Part shown: piece after piece, positions 18,915-29,628 of the stretch
Layout of the letters: each line of letters opens with the position of its first letter
Numbering within the stretch: position 1 is the first letter of the stretch
NCBI GenBank assembly: GCA_029548865.1
Contig: JAKPMO010000023.1
Span: 1-64,000 of the forward strand
Direction: 5' to 3'
Length of the DNA stretch: 64,000 bases
From: Caldisericota bacterium
GTDB lineage: Bacteria > Caldisericota > Caldisericia > JAAYUI01
Notes under the pieces: model-generated
Told to the model about the DNA's origin: nothing
Seen by the model: only the letters and a program-made list of their open reading frames with translations
Database searches by the model: none
Translations under genes and position numbers: made by a program

Positions 18915-19379
18915 ATGATAAAGAAGTTTTCAGCGGTGATCCTAATCATCTTCTCGGTAATCAGCCTTATTGTTGGTGCGATTTACATCTGGCAGGGTGC
19001 ATCAAAATACAGCCAGATAACCAGCATGGCTGCTGAAGAAAAAGTCCAGATTGGAATGACTGAGGATCAAATCAAAAATGGTAATGTCGTTGACACCATG
19101 TCGGAGATGCAAAAGGCTGCAGACACAATCAGGGAGCACCGAAGGGGTATTGCAAAGACCTATGAGGAACTCCTCGGAACTGGCAAATTTGACCCCACAA
19201 ATCCAAAGCACGCCACATACGCCCAGGCAATCAACCTTGAAAACTATCTCTATGTTGGAATGCTCTCCCTTGGCGTTTCACTCTCGATGATAGGCATCGG
19301 GCTCTTTATGGTGATGATGGCCATTGCAATGCTTCTGACAGGGCTTGCGCTTTTCCCGGAAAAAGCCAAATTGTCCTGA
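18915..19379 (+). CDS. Hypothetical membrane protein (2 TM)
   Basis: 154 aa, AGGAGG RBS, terminal hydrophobic helices. Confidence 0.8.
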   Translation: MIKKFSAVILIIFSVISLIVGAIYIWQGASKYSQITSMAAEEKVQIGMTEDQIKNGNVVDTMSEMQKAADTIREHRRGIAKTYEELLGTGKFDPTNPKHATYAQAINLENYLYVGMLSLGVSLSMIGIGLFMVMMAIAMLLTGLALFPEKAKLS

Positions 19380-19388
19380 CAAAATCGC

Positions 19389-19425
19389 AAAAAGCCTGCC
19401 TTGTTTTCCCCAGGCAGGCTTTTTT
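19389..19425 (+). terminator. Intrinsic terminator
   Basis: AAAAAGCCTGCCT...AGGCAGGCTTTTTT. Confidence 0.85.
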
Positions 19426-19506
19426 ATTTTTTTTGAAAATCGCTGACCAAAATACAATTTTCTTCGTACAATTAGCCAAATGGATTTTTTGTCCGGAGGT
19501 CATAAG

Positions 19507-20748
19507 GTGACTAGAAACAAAACTTCTCTAGCACTTATTTTTGTTCTTTCGCTTGTTGCCATTTCGCCCTGCCTTGCAATAAGCATTGAAGACCAGCAGG
19601 ACCCCAAATATTGCATCGTGGACACTGGCCAGGAGAAATGCTACGACAACAGCAGGGAAATCAGGGAGCCATCCAGAGACGGCCCATTCTATGGCCAGGA
19701 TGCGCAAAACAAAGGCAACAAACCCAGCTACAGGGACAATGGCGACGGGACAGTCACAGACCTGAACACCGGCCTGATGTGGGTCAGGGAAAGGGGCAAG
19801 AAAGTAACTTGGAAAGATGCAATTTCTGGTGCTCCTGCCTGCCGGATTGGCGGGTACACCGACTGGCGCATGCCAACAATCAAGGAATTGTACTCGCTGA
19901 TAAATTTCACGGGGCGACAGGCCAGAACAGAATCTGAATCAGTGCCCTACATCGACACCAAATATTTTGGCTTCAAATATGGCAGCGGGACGGGCAATGA
20001 ACGCCTGATCGACTGTCAAGACTGGTCTGCAACCGAATATCTTTCCACAACAATGAACAACGACGCCTCGGTTTTTGGTGTCAATTTTGCAGATGGCCGC
20101 ATCAAGGGCTATCCAAAGCAGGTGCGCAGACGGGAAGGTGCTGGTGACAACAGGCTCTATGCCAGATATGTCCGTGGAAACCCCGAATATGGCAAGAATG
20201 ATTTCATCGACAACGGTGATGGCACAGTGGCAGACAGGGCGACTGGCCTTGTGTGGTCAAAGGGTGACAGTGGCACAGGAATGAATTGGGAACAGGCCCT
20301 CAAATGGGTGCAGAAAAAGAACACCGAAAAATATCTGGGTCATGATGACTGGCGGCTTCCCAACGCAAAGGAACTCCAGAGCATCGTCGATTATTCAAGG
20401 TGCCCGGACAGAACGGACTCGCCTTCGATTGCCCCAGTCTTTGAATGCACGCAGATCAAAAATGAAAAGGGCGACAGGGACTACCCGTTCTACTGGACAG
20501 GCACCACCCACCTGGACAATATGGGTGCTGTTTATGTTTGTTTTGGCAGGGCGATGGGCTTTATGGAGATGCCACCAGGGTCTGGCAACTACAGGTGTGT
20601 GGATGTACACGGGGCCGGTGCCCAGCGCAGTGACCCGAAGGCCGGCAACCCGGCTGATTTCCCAAAGGGCCGCGGCCCGCAGGGCGATGTTGTCAGGATA
20701 AACAATTTTGTGAGGCTGGTAAGGAGCGGAAACAAGAAAATCAAATAG
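19507..20748 (+). CDS. Secreted DUF1566 (Lcl-like) domain protein, two copies
   Basis: DNGDGTVTDLNTGLMW...DWRMPTIKEL and DNGDGTVADRATGLVW...DWRLPNAKEL; signal peptide. Confidence 0.9.
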   Translation: MTRNKTSLALIFVLSLVAISPCLAISIEDQQDPKYCIVDTGQEKCYDNSREIREPSRDGPFYGQDAQNKGNKPSYRDNGDGTVTDLNTGLMWVRERGKKVTWKDAISGAPACRIGGYTDWRMPTIKELYSLINFTGRQARTESESVPYIDTKYFGFKYGSGTGNERLIDCQDWSATEYLSTTMNNDASVFGVNFADGRIKGYPKQVRRREGAGDNRLYARYVRGNPEYGKNDFIDNGDGTVADRATGLVWSKGDSGTGMNWEQALKWVQKKNTEKYLGHDDWRLPNAKELQSIVDYSRCPDRTDSPSIAPVFECTQIKNEKGDRDYPFYWTGTTHLDNMGAVYVCFGRAMGFMEMPPGSGNYRCVDVHGAGAQRSDPKAGNPADFPKGRGPQGDVVRINNFVRLVRSGNKKIK

Positions 20749-20818
20749 TACCAGCACCTCTTTTTGAATTCTGGTACGCTGTTTGCATCCATGTGTCCTT
20801 CGGGTATAATGGCAATCC

Positions 20819-22582
20819 ATGGGAAGGGCAGAAAAAATCGCAAGCTGGACAAAAGAAAACAGGTTTTTTGTTGTTGCCGGTGTTTTAATTGTACTTTGCG
20901 TGATAGTTGTTGTTCCAATCTTTGCCCAATCATTGAATCGGCCTGATGGCGATTATTCCACACCTGCGCTTTACCTGTTTTCCACGATAGCCCAGACAAT
21001 GGGCGCAATCCTGGGGATTGTGTTCGCAGTTTTCTTTGCTGTATATGCGAACATGAGGTCAAATCCCGAAAATCCCACAATAGATTATGCCAGGAGCTAC
21101 CTTCAGTCTGACCGATATTTTATGTCCGCAGCTCTTGTCGGCTTGTTTTGCATTCTAGGGTCGGTGGTCTGCCTACTGATGATTTATGCTTCAGGCAGTT
21201 TATTAAACATAACAGTAATGCTCCTTCTTGGCATTCTTTGTTTGGTTTTGGGGCTTGTGTCAATCACTTTGCTTCTGTATTTTGTTACAGTAAGAATTCC
21301 TCTCTATTTTGAGCCGATCGAACTTTACAAGGAACAAAGAGAACTCCTTAAAAAGAGAAGCAGTATATCAGAAAAAGAGTATAAAAGATTCCTAGTTGAT
21401 ACATTATTTATTTCATCTGCAGACTCTAACAAATATTATCTAAGCGAAGCTTTGTTGATAATAAGATGTGATTATAAAAATGATGTCAGCAAAGTTAGGG
21501 ATTATTACAATCTATTAAGAGAATTAAACATTGCATTTACTTCAAGAATATGTAAATATCCTAAAGAAAATCAGTATAGAATAAGATTGAATATTATTGA
21601 AACGATAAAAGAAGCGACCAAATATGACCCGAATAATCCAGATAAACTGAATATGCCTTATAATATAAGTTATTATCGTGGTGATTTTTTTATACTACTA
21701 AAGTTTCTTGTTGATAATATCGCTATTTGTTTTGAAGAGAATGCGGTTGATAAAATTAATATAAAAAAAATAAGTAAGATATTTTCAGAATTTACAGGTA
21801 ATCTATCTTTTTACATGATTAATAAACAAGAAAAATATATTTTTGTATTGAGTGAATTTTTAAATTATTTAAGGTGTTTACAAATAGCCAATTTCAGATT
21901 TTATGAGCTTATAGATTTAGAAGCATTGTTACCTATCGTTGACGATGTTATACGATATTTATTTGAAAACAATAATATAATAAATAAGATTAATGATAAA
22001 TTATTAGAAAATTATATTAAATACTTATGCATAACATTTTTTAATATAATTGAATATATTGAAAAAACAGATTACATGATTGATTTGACTAAAGATGAAT
22101 TAAAAACAATTTTTTTGTATTTAGAGCAAATCAAGAAAGGGTTTAATAATATTTATAATTGTACAGAAGCCAGTCTAATTAATCGAGAAATAAGCTTAGA
22201 AGAAATAATATTTAAATACTCTTTATGTTGTAAATTATTTGATTTCAAATATTATAAATATATATTATTATATATGCTAATTAATCTACATAAATACTAC
22301 AGTAAATCATTTGAAAAATCTTACACATATAAATCCATTTATGAATCGATAAATTTCCCAATTGGTTATGCAATATACCTTTGTGATCTTTATGAAAATG
22401 GGATAGATTCCAAAATAGTTGATCTAGATTATAGAACTTATGTAGATGTTTTTCTTAAAAACTTTTGTGAGCAGAATAATCTTGATTTTAGCAAGATGGA
22501 AGCTCGATTTAATGACAAATTTTACTTGAATAAAGAAAGATTTGAAAATATACAAAAATCATATATGAGAATTATTTTTTAA
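20819..22582 (+). CDS. Hypothetical membrane protein with AT-rich C-terminal region
   Basis: 587 aa ORF; about 4 TM in the first 160 aa; very AT-rich after about 21350. Confidence 0.8.
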   Translation: MGRAEKIASWTKENRFFVVAGVLIVLCVIVVVPIFAQSLNRPDGDYSTPALYLFSTIAQTMGAILGIVFAVFFAVYANMRSNPENPTIDYARSYLQSDRYFMSAALVGLFCILGSVVCLLMIYASGSLLNITVMLLLGILCLVLGLVSITLLLYFVTVRIPLYFEPIELYKEQRELLKKRSSISEKEYKRFLVDTLFISSADSNKYYLSEALLIIRCDYKNDVSKVRDYYNLLRELNIAFTSRICKYPKENQYRIRLNIIETIKEATKYDPNNPDKLNMPYNISYYRGDFFILLKFLVDNIAICFEENAVDKINIKKISKIFSEFTGNLSFYMINKQEKYIFVLSEFLNYLRCLQIANFRFYELIDLEALLPIVDDVIRYLFENNNIINKINDKLLENYIKYLCITFFNIIEYIEKTDYMIDLTKDELKTIFLYLEQIKKGFNNIYNCTEASLINREISLEEIIFKYSLCCKLFDFKYYKYILLYMLINLHKYYSKSFEKSYTYKSIYESINFPIGYAIYLCDLYENGIDSKIVDLDYRTYVDVFLKNFCEQNNLDFSKMEARFNDKFYLNKERFENIQKSYMRIIF

Positions 22583-23446
22583 CCCCGTCACTACAACCCC
22601 GGCAAAAATCAGCAGTCCGCCAACAAGCACGTTTAGTCCTATCGGGTCGCCAAGGAATGCCCAGGCGATGATCGATGCCCCGACTGGCTCAAAGAGGTTT
22701 GTGGTTGTCGTGATGATCGGCGTCAGGTATTTGACACCCATATTCAGCGCGGTGTGGCCGATCACCTGCGGGAAAAGCGCCATGCCGGCGATGGAGAGCC
22801 AGGATGCTCCAGAATAGCCCCAGAGCTGTTCGCCTGTCAGGAAAGCGCCTGCAAGCAGGAGCAGGCTTGCGACTGGATAAGAGACAGAAACTGTCTGCAG
22901 GAGAGGGGCCCTTTCCTGGGCTATCTTTGATGTGATCAGATAGCACGAGCCAAACAATGCGCCAAGCAGTGACAAGACGACGCCGAGCATTGTTCCTTCC
23001 ATCTTTGTTCCCCAGAGTGCAATCACTGCCGCACCGCCTATTGCCAGAAAAATGCCAAGGATTGCAAAGGGGGTTGGCTTTTTCCTCCAGATTATATATT
23101 CGAGCATTGCGATGAATATTGGCGCTGTGGTCACAAGGACTGCTGTTGCCGATACCGATATGTAGTGGAAGGAGCTTATCCATACAGCAAAGTGCATCGC
23201 TAGGAAAAACCCAGACAGCACTGACCAGAGCAGGGTTTTTTTGTCATGGAACATTCTCCACGGCGCGCCAAAGGGGACCATGATTATGGAGGCAATCAGG
23301 AGCCTCCAGAAAGCCATTGAGAATGGTCCGGTATCTGCCGATGCGATTTTTACCAGAGGCGCCGCAGATGACATCGACAGCACGCCAAGCGCCAGGAAGG
23401 CGTAGTATTTGCCTTTGCCATCGAGTTTAGTCTCTTTGCGCGTCAT
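22559..23446 (-). CDS. DMT/EamA family transporter
   Basis: About 10 TM in two repeats; AFWRL, FLAMHFAVWISS, PQVIGHT, EPVGA. Confidence 0.93.
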   Translation of the reverse strand: MTRKETKLDGKGKYYAFLALGVLSMSSAAPLVKIASADTGPFSMAFWRLLIASIIMVPFGAPWRMFHDKKTLLWSVLSGFFLAMHFAVWISSFHYISVSATAVLVTTAPIFIAMLEYIIWRKKPTPFAILGIFLAIGGAAVIALWGTKMEGTMLGVVLSLLGALFGSCYLITSKIAQERAPLLQTVSVSYPVASLLLLAGAFLTGEQLWGYSGASWLSIAGMALFPQVIGHTALNMGVKYLTPIITTTTNLFEPVGASIIAWAFLGDPIGLNVLVGGLLIFAGVVVTGLKNNSHI

Positions 23447-23493
23447 TGTGGCAAAGTGTATTTGGGTTTTCCGGTTTTGCGGTTAAAGGTGCG

Positions 23494-25836
23494 CTATTTT
23501 TTGCAGGGTGGGGCTTCCCATTCTTCCTCGCCTGGCACTTCGTCCGGATTGTAAAGGTACGCCAGGGCTTTCCCTGCATCACCGTCCATTATCAGCCTTA
23601 TGATTTTGCCCCCTGTGATTTCTGAGACATCAATCAGACGCACGACCCTTTCATATTTTTCGGCCCAGGAGACATATTTTGAAAGCATGTTGGGGCTGGT
23701 TTTCAGAAACTCCTCGTTAAAGATGATACTTTTGTCGTCAGGATATAACGGGAGGTAGTAGATGCCTGTTTCTACGAGGTCCTGGAAGAAGTGCGTTCCG
23801 AAACTCACCTCCGGCACATACCCGCCCTTGTTTCTTGCAATCTCGATAAGTGCCGATGACCTGTTGATATCGCTGTATGTCACTCTGACGCCAAGCTTTA
23901 TGTCCCCCCTGCTTCCCCATCGCCCGGGGCCCATCAGTATGAAGCTGTTTTTTGGAAGGGTTGAATTTATTGCGCTGACGACCCTTGCAATGTCTGTCAT
24001 TTCCTCAATGGTTTCAAGGGCATCGTACTCGGCAGGATCAACGTAAACGATGTATTTTACATCAACAAGGCCATCACTGACGTATTTGTGGGCGGTAAAA
24101 ATTTTGTTTTCATCTGGCACATCATCCGGGATGCTTATATTTGCCCTGTCTCTTGGCTGGGCCTGTGGCCTACACTGGAGAACATAGAGGTGTAGTCCAT
24201 TTGAAGCAAATTCTATGTCCACCGGGACGCAAAGCGCTTCGGAAAGTATTTGCAGGAGCAATTTTATTTGTTCCACGAAGGGTGTTCTGGTCAGAAGATT
24301 ATCAAAAGTTATCAGCAGATCTGATTTTTTTGGATCAAAGCTTGCCACCGAAGGTGGAAGGAGCTGGCCGTGATCATACACTTGGACGAGCTTTGTAAGG
24401 CTTGGGTATTCCTCGCCATGTTCGCGCAGGAGTTCGTTGAATACAAGCGTCTTAAAATTTAATTCATGAAGATCTATGACGTCGATGTGTTTCTGACTAT
24501 ATCTGACAATATCCTCAGGATTTGTGTTGACCCTGAGGTTTGGCTGTCCTGGTGCAATGAGCATTGGATAGTCGTCACTTACCCTGTCAACAGCCCTTGT
24601 TCCGAGACCAGCCACTAGCCTTATTACACCATCTCTTCGCTTTATTCTTGGTGACCATCTGAATTCATTATTTGAAAAAGCCACACCAGCAAAGGTTGGC
24701 ATATAGTATCTTGCGTCGACCTCGACCCCGACGACTTCTTGTATAAGACAGCCCATCTGTTCCTGGAAGTCCAGCAAATCGCGTTCAATACGGTATTGGA
24801 CGGCATCCGGACTGAATGTAGAAGCATAAACCTCGGCGACCGCATCCATGAGCGCTTCCATTCTCTGCCTTTTAGTTCCCTTGTTCGCGAGGAAGAGGCT
24901 CTTGTATTTACCAGAGAAGGCCGCGCCAAAACTATCTTCAAGGAGGCTCGAAGAACGCACTATTATTGGTTTCCCCTCCAGATCATCAAGCGCAAGGCTC
25001 AAACCTTGCATTATTTCCGAGGAAAACTGTGATTGTTTGAAGACCTGCTGGAAATATGAGTATTCCTGCCTTATTTCATCAAGTGTCCTGTATTTGAGGT
25101 TTATTATTTCTTCGAGGGCGTTGTAGTGGAGAAAATCTAGTATTCCGTCGGAGAGTAAATACCAGGTTTTTGGCACCCTGACGTTTTGCAGGACAGGATA
25201 TTTCTTCTGGGCCTCTTCGATTATTCTCCGTGCCAGGAAGAGCCCTGATCCTTTTCCACCAAGTCTGCCTGTTCCACTGCCTGGGCCGATGGATTTCTGG
25301 ATCATCTTGGAAATGTCGCCAATTCTTATGTACTTTTTTGCGACATTGATGAATTGCGGACTGTCTGTGAGGAAGCGCCTGACCAGCGAAACCCTTATAC
25401 CATTTTCCTCGGCTTCTGAGAGTAGTCTTTCATTCTCTGGCAACATGCAGAAGCGGTTGAGATTTTCGGTTATTTCCAAGAGCGAGATGCCCTGTTTTTC
25501 AGTCGCGAGGGTCAAAAACATTGTTCTGCCCTCTGACACCCACTTCATTATCATTGACGACAATTCATCTTCGCTAAGGCATGTTTTGGCTATCTTGAAT
25601 GTTTCTTCAAAAATAAGTTCTATTTCGCCAAGATTCGTTTTTTGTGATGGCTGGTTTTCATCACCCCTTGTGTTCATATATGCCTGATCAAAACGCTCAA
25701 GAAGGTCGATGGCTCCTTTGACCTCCATCCTCACCAGCTTGTTGAGGAGTTTCCTGGAGATGCGGTTCAATTCCCTTGAGTCTGTGGCCCTCAATAGGTC
25801 GATAATTACCTGCCACTCTGGTTTTCTTTCCGGCAT
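23494..25836 (-). CDS. PEP/pyruvate-binding-domain protein (PEP synthase-like ATP-grasp)
   Basis: LGGKGSGL, VRSSSLLEDSFGAAFSGKYKS, GLGTRAVD, DIEFA, LQCRP, GPGRWGS, GTHFFQ. Confidence 0.88.
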   Translation of the reverse strand: MPERKPEWQVIIDLLRATDSRELNRISRKLLNKLVRMEVKGAIDLLERFDQAYMNTRGDENQPSQKTNLGEIELIFEETFKIAKTCLSEDELSSMIMKWVSEGRTMFLTLATEKQGISLLEITENLNRFCMLPENERLLSEAEENGIRVSLVRRFLTDSPQFINVAKKYIRIGDISKMIQKSIGPGSGTGRLGGKGSGLFLARRIIEEAQKKYPVLQNVRVPKTWYLLSDGILDFLHYNALEEIINLKYRTLDEIRQEYSYFQQVFKQSQFSSEIMQGLSLALDDLEGKPIIVRSSSLLEDSFGAAFSGKYKSLFLANKGTKRQRMEALMDAVAEVYASTFSPDAVQYRIERDLLDFQEQMGCLIQEVVGVEVDARYYMPTFAGVAFSNNEFRWSPRIKRRDGVIRLVAGLGTRAVDRVSDDYPMLIAPGQPNLRVNTNPEDIVRYSQKHIDVIDLHELNFKTLVFNELLREHGEEYPSLTKLVQVYDHGQLLPPSVASFDPKKSDLLITFDNLLTRTPFVEQIKLLLQILSEALCVPVDIEFASNGLHLYVLQCRPQAQPRDRANISIPDDVPDENKIFTAHKYVSDGLVDVKYIVYVDPAEYDALETIEEMTDIARVVSAINSTLPKNSFILMGPGRWGSRGDIKLGVRVTYSDINRSSALIEIARNKGGYVPEVSFGTHFFQDLVETGIYYLPLYPDDKSIIFNEEFLKTSPNMLSKYVSWAEKYERVVRLIDVSEITGGKIIRLIMDGDAGKALAYLYNPDEVPGEEEWEAPPCKK

Positions 25837-25842
25837 GGAGAC

Positions 25843-25871
25843 ATTTTAGCTTTTTTGTCTTTTTTTGGCAA
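25843..25871 (-). promoter_or_regulatory. Sigma70-type promoter (leaderless)
   Basis: TTGCCA-17-TAAAAT-6-ATG on the minus strand. Confidence 0.7.
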
Positions 25872-25922
25872 TGATTTGAGAAATGCTGGATATTAATTAT
25901 TTTTGCTGAAAGACCTGGAAGA

Positions 25923-25954
25923 AATTGCTGTGGGCCGCTAAGCCCACAGCAATT
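25923..25954 (-). terminator. Hairpin terminator after the ABC operon
   Basis: 13-bp perfect stem AATTGCTGTGGGC/GCCCACAGCAATT. Confidence 0.75.
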
Positions 25955-25966
25955 CTAAGACAGAAC

Positions 25967-27877
25967 CTATTCGAGCTGGTTCTGCCCAGTGTAGAGTTGG
26001 TAGTATCTTCCTTTTAAGGCAAGGAGTTCCTCGTGGTTGCCTCTTTCAATAATTTCCCCGTGCTCCAGGACCATAATGGCTTTGGAGTTCCGGACTGTTG
26101 AGAGCCTGTGGGCGATCACAAAGACTGTCCTGTTTTCCATCAGAGCGTCCAGTCCTTTTTCGATCAGTCTTTCGGTGCGGGTATCGATTGAGCTGGTTGC
26201 CTCATCAAGGATCATGACTGGAGGGGATGCCACATTGGCACGGGCTATGGCGATAAGCTGCCTTTGCCCCTGCGAGAGATTGGCCCCGTCTCCTTCAATC
26301 ATGGTGTGGTACCCTTGTGGCAAGCGGGTGATGAAAGAGTCTGCGCTTGCAATTTCTGCGGCCTTAATGCATTCCTCGTCTGTTGCGTCGAGTCGTCCAT
26401 AGCGGATATTGTCCATGACTGTGCCGGTAAAAAGATGTGTATCCTGTAATACCATCCCGAGGGAGCGGCGCAGGTCAGCCTTTTTGATTTCAGTTATGTT
26501 GATCCCATCATAATGGATTTTTCCTTCAGGCACATCATAAAAGCGGTTGATGAGGTTGGTAATGGTGGTTTTTCCAGCACCTGTCGAACCAACAAATGCA
26601 ATCTTTTGGCCAGGTTTTGCGTAAAGACTTATGTCTTTGAGTACCGGTACATTGGGCTCATAACTAAAACTTACATCAAAGAATCGCACATCTCCTTTCA
26701 ATTCGGTATAAGTTGACGTGCCGTTTTCGTGTGGATATTTCCATGCCCAGAGACCAGTGCGTTCCTGGCATTCTTCAATGGCCCCATCTATTGTACGATG
26801 AGCATTGACCAGGGTCACATGACCATTGTCAACTTCTGGTTTCTGATCCATAACTTCGAAGATTCGCTCTGCGCCTGCGAGGGCCGCTAGAACATTGTTG
26901 ATTTGGCTTGTGATCATGGTGATTGGCTGACCAACCTGGCGGGAATATTGCAAGAAGGCGGCGAGAGAGCCGATATCAAACATGTTCATGAGTGTCAGTA
27001 TTCCGCCAAAAACTGCTGTCGCAGCGTAGCAGACATTGTTCAAGTTCACCATTATTGGCATGATGATGCCGGCAAGAAAATTCGCTTTTGATGCTGTATG
27101 GTAGAACTGTTCGTTTAGTTTGTAAAACGATTGTTTGGCGGCCCCTTCATGATTGAATACCTTTATTTCTCTCAGTCCGCTAATGGTCTCTTCAATGTTT
27201 CCATTGAGTTTGCCTAGTATGATCTGCTGGTTTTTGAAGTGTGCCTGGCTTTTAACACCTATTTTCATCGTGATAAAAATCATCAATACAAGTACGACAG
27301 CCGTGATCAAAAACAAAATTGGACTGAGTACAATCATTATTATGATTGTGCCAACAAAGTTGATTGCACTTGAGAAAAGCTGTATGAGGCTTTGCTCAAG
27401 CATCAACTGCACATTGTCAACGTCGTTTGTATAGCGGCTCATTAATTCGCCATGCGTATGCGCATCAAAATAACGCAGTTCTAGCCCCTGCATTTTGTCA
27501 AACAGGTCTTTGCGTATTGCATTTATGGTTCTTTGTGACATCTGGACCGAAAACCGGTTTTGCAGGTAAGAAGCGATAATTCCAACCAGATAAATCATTC
27601 CAAGGAAAACCAGTGCGATTGCTAGGCCTTTGAAGTTTCCAGGCAGTATATAGTTGTTGATCAGTGGTTTAAGGAAATATGATCCTGCGAGCATGGTTGC
27701 TGAGTTGAGCAGGAGAAAGATCAGCATTGCCCCGATAAGCAGTTTGCTTTTCCCAAGATACCCAAAAATACGGGCAATTGTATTTTTAAGGTTTTTGGGT
27801 TTCTCAAAACCTCTGGGACCGGGGCCTCCTGGTCCTGGGCCTCTCATCATATTGGGTGATCTTTTTTGTTCTGCCAT
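25967..27877 (-). CDS. Heterodimeric multidrug-type ABC exporter, subunit B (TMD plus NBD)
   Basis: GSTGAGKT, LSQGQRQ, ILDEATS, IAHR; TAATG overlap with subunit A. Confidence 0.95.
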   Translation of the reverse strand: MAEQKRSPNMMRGPGPGGPGPRGFEKPKNLKNTIARIFGYLGKSKLLIGAMLIFLLLNSATMLAGSYFLKPLINNYILPGNFKGLAIALVFLGMIYLVGIIASYLQNRFSVQMSQRTINAIRKDLFDKMQGLELRYFDAHTHGELMSRYTNDVDNVQLMLEQSLIQLFSSAINFVGTIIIMIVLSPILFLITAVVLVLMIFITMKIGVKSQAHFKNQQIILGKLNGNIEETISGLREIKVFNHEGAAKQSFYKLNEQFYHTASKANFLAGIIMPIMVNLNNVCYAATAVFGGILTLMNMFDIGSLAAFLQYSRQVGQPITMITSQINNVLAALAGAERIFEVMDQKPEVDNGHVTLVNAHRTIDGAIEECQERTGLWAWKYPHENGTSTYTELKGDVRFFDVSFSYEPNVPVLKDISLYAKPGQKIAFVGSTGAGKTTITNLINRFYDVPEGKIHYDGINITEIKKADLRRSLGMVLQDTHLFTGTVMDNIRYGRLDATDEECIKAAEIASADSFITRLPQGYHTMIEGDGANLSQGQRQLIAIARANVASPPVMILDEATSSIDTRTERLIEKGLDALMENRTVFVIAHRLSTVRNSKAIMVLEHGEIIERGNHEELLALKGRYYQLYTGQNQLE

Positions 27878-29622
27878 TACGATGCCAGCCCTTCTTGTTG
27901 AGAATTGCATATTTCACGGTATATTGTGTTGGTCGCAAAGAGCGTTTCATGTGTGCCTATACCAGAGATTCTGCCATCATCAAGCACGATAATTTTGTTG
28001 GCGTCTTTTACCGAACTGATGCGTTGTGCTACGATCAAAACAGTTGTCCCATTCAGATTTTTATAGAACGATTGTCTGATTTTTGCCTCTGTTGCGGTAT
28101 CAACGGCGCTGGTGCTGTCATCAAGAATCAAAATGCGTGGTTTTTTCATCATTGCCCTTGCGATACACAATCTTTGTTTTTGGCCGCCTGATACATTTAC
28201 ACCACCCTGGCCAAGCTCTGTCTCATAGCCATTTGGAAAGCCCATGATGAAGTCATGGGCTTGTGCGTCACGAGCGGCTTCCTCAATCTCTGCCTGTGAG
28301 GCATTTTCGTTTCCCCAAAGAAGGTTCTCTCTTATGGTTCCGGAAAATAGCACATTTTTTTGGAGCACCATTCCAATACCATTGCGGAGTGTTTTCAGGC
28401 TGTAATCCCGAACGTCATTTCCATCCACCAGCACCTGTCCAGCTGTCGTATCGTAAAGGCGCGGAATTAAGCTGAGGAGCGAGGTTTTACCTGAACCTGT
28501 ACCACCCACGATGGCAACAATTTCACCAGGCTCAATGGTAAAGGTAATGTTTGAGAGGACGTCTTTGCCCTCTCCAACGGCGCTATATCGAAAATCGACA
28601 CCCCTAAACTCAATCTTGCCTCTAGATACGGCAGGAGCAACTTTATCTGTTAAGGAATCTGGTTTGTCTACAATGTCAATCTTTGTATCGAGGACTTCTA
28701 AGACTCTTTTCCCGCATGCTTCTGCACGGGCAGACAGGATGAAAACCATCGAGAACATCATTACACTTATCAAGATCTGCATCATATAACTAATAAAGCT
28801 GATTAGTTCGCCTGCTCCCATGGTATGGGTGCCAACCATCTTGCCACCAAACCAGATAACACTTATGGTGGCAAAGCTTAATATGAAAATCATGATTGGC
28901 ATAATCAGACTTATTAAATAACCAGCTTTCATAGCTGCTTTTGTGAGGTCATCGTTTACTTTCTTAAACTTTAGCTTTTCATGAGCTTCACGAACGAAAG
29001 CTTTTACTACACGAATTGCAATCAGGTTCTCTTGGACAGTGCCATTCAGGGCGTCAAGGCGCTGTTGCATGATGGTGAATAGCTTGTCGGCTGACCTGAA
29101 GACCAGTATGACGCCAAAAGCTAGCGCTGGAACTGCCACAAAAATGATGGTTGATAGCTTAAAGTTGATGCTCGTGGCAAAAACTATGGCTGAAATTAAC
29201 ATCAATGGTGCACGAAGCAACATGCGCAGAGTCATCAATACCGTGGTTTGCAATTGTGTCACATCACTGGTCAGGCGGGTCACAAGAGAGGCGGTGCTGA
29301 ATTCATCTATATTGGAGAATGAAAAAGATTGCACTTTGTCAAATAATGCCTTACGGAGATTTGCTGCAAACCCCTGGCTGGCATCAGCTGAAAATTTCAT
29401 GTTGATTATGCCAAATCCAATAGCAACCACTGCAAGCAAAACCATAATCCCACCCATTCCGGCAATAAAGCCAATGTCCTTTTGCGGAATGCCATTGTCC
29501 ACGATTTTTGCCATTAAAAGCGGTATCATCATTTCACAAACCACATCAACCGTCACTGCCAAAAAGCAGTACAAGATGTTCTTTTTATACTGCCCGACAT
29601 AAGCGTATAGCCTTTTTATCAC
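27877..29622 (-). CDS. Heterodimeric multidrug-type ABC exporter, subunit A (degenerate site)
   Basis: GGTGSGKT, VSGGQKQR, ILDDSTS, VAQR (degenerate Walker B and H-switch as in TM287-type subunits). Confidence 0.95.
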   Translation of the reverse strand: MIKRLYAYVGQYKKNILYCFLAVTVDVVCEMMIPLLMAKIVDNGIPQKDIGFIAGMGGIMVLLAVVAIGFGIINMKFSADASQGFAANLRKALFDKVQSFSFSNIDEFSTASLVTRLTSDVTQLQTTVLMTLRMLLRAPLMLISAIVFATSINFKLSTIIFVAVPALAFGVILVFRSADKLFTIMQQRLDALNGTVQENLIAIRVVKAFVREAHEKLKFKKVNDDLTKAAMKAGYLISLIMPIMIFILSFATISVIWFGGKMVGTHTMGAGELISFISYMMQILISVMMFSMVFILSARAEACGKRVLEVLDTKIDIVDKPDSLTDKVAPAVSRGKIEFRGVDFRYSAVGEGKDVLSNITFTIEPGEIVAIVGGTGSGKTSLLSLIPRLYDTTAGQVLVDGNDVRDYSLKTLRNGIGMVLQKNVLFSGTIRENLLWGNENASQAEIEEAARDAQAHDFIMGFPNGYETELGQGGVNVSGGQKQRLCIARAMMKKPRILILDDSTSAVDTATEAKIRQSFYKNLNGTTVLIVAQRISSVKDANKIIVLDDGRISGIGTHETLFATNTIYREICNSQQEGLAS

Positions 29623-29628
29623 CCTTGC

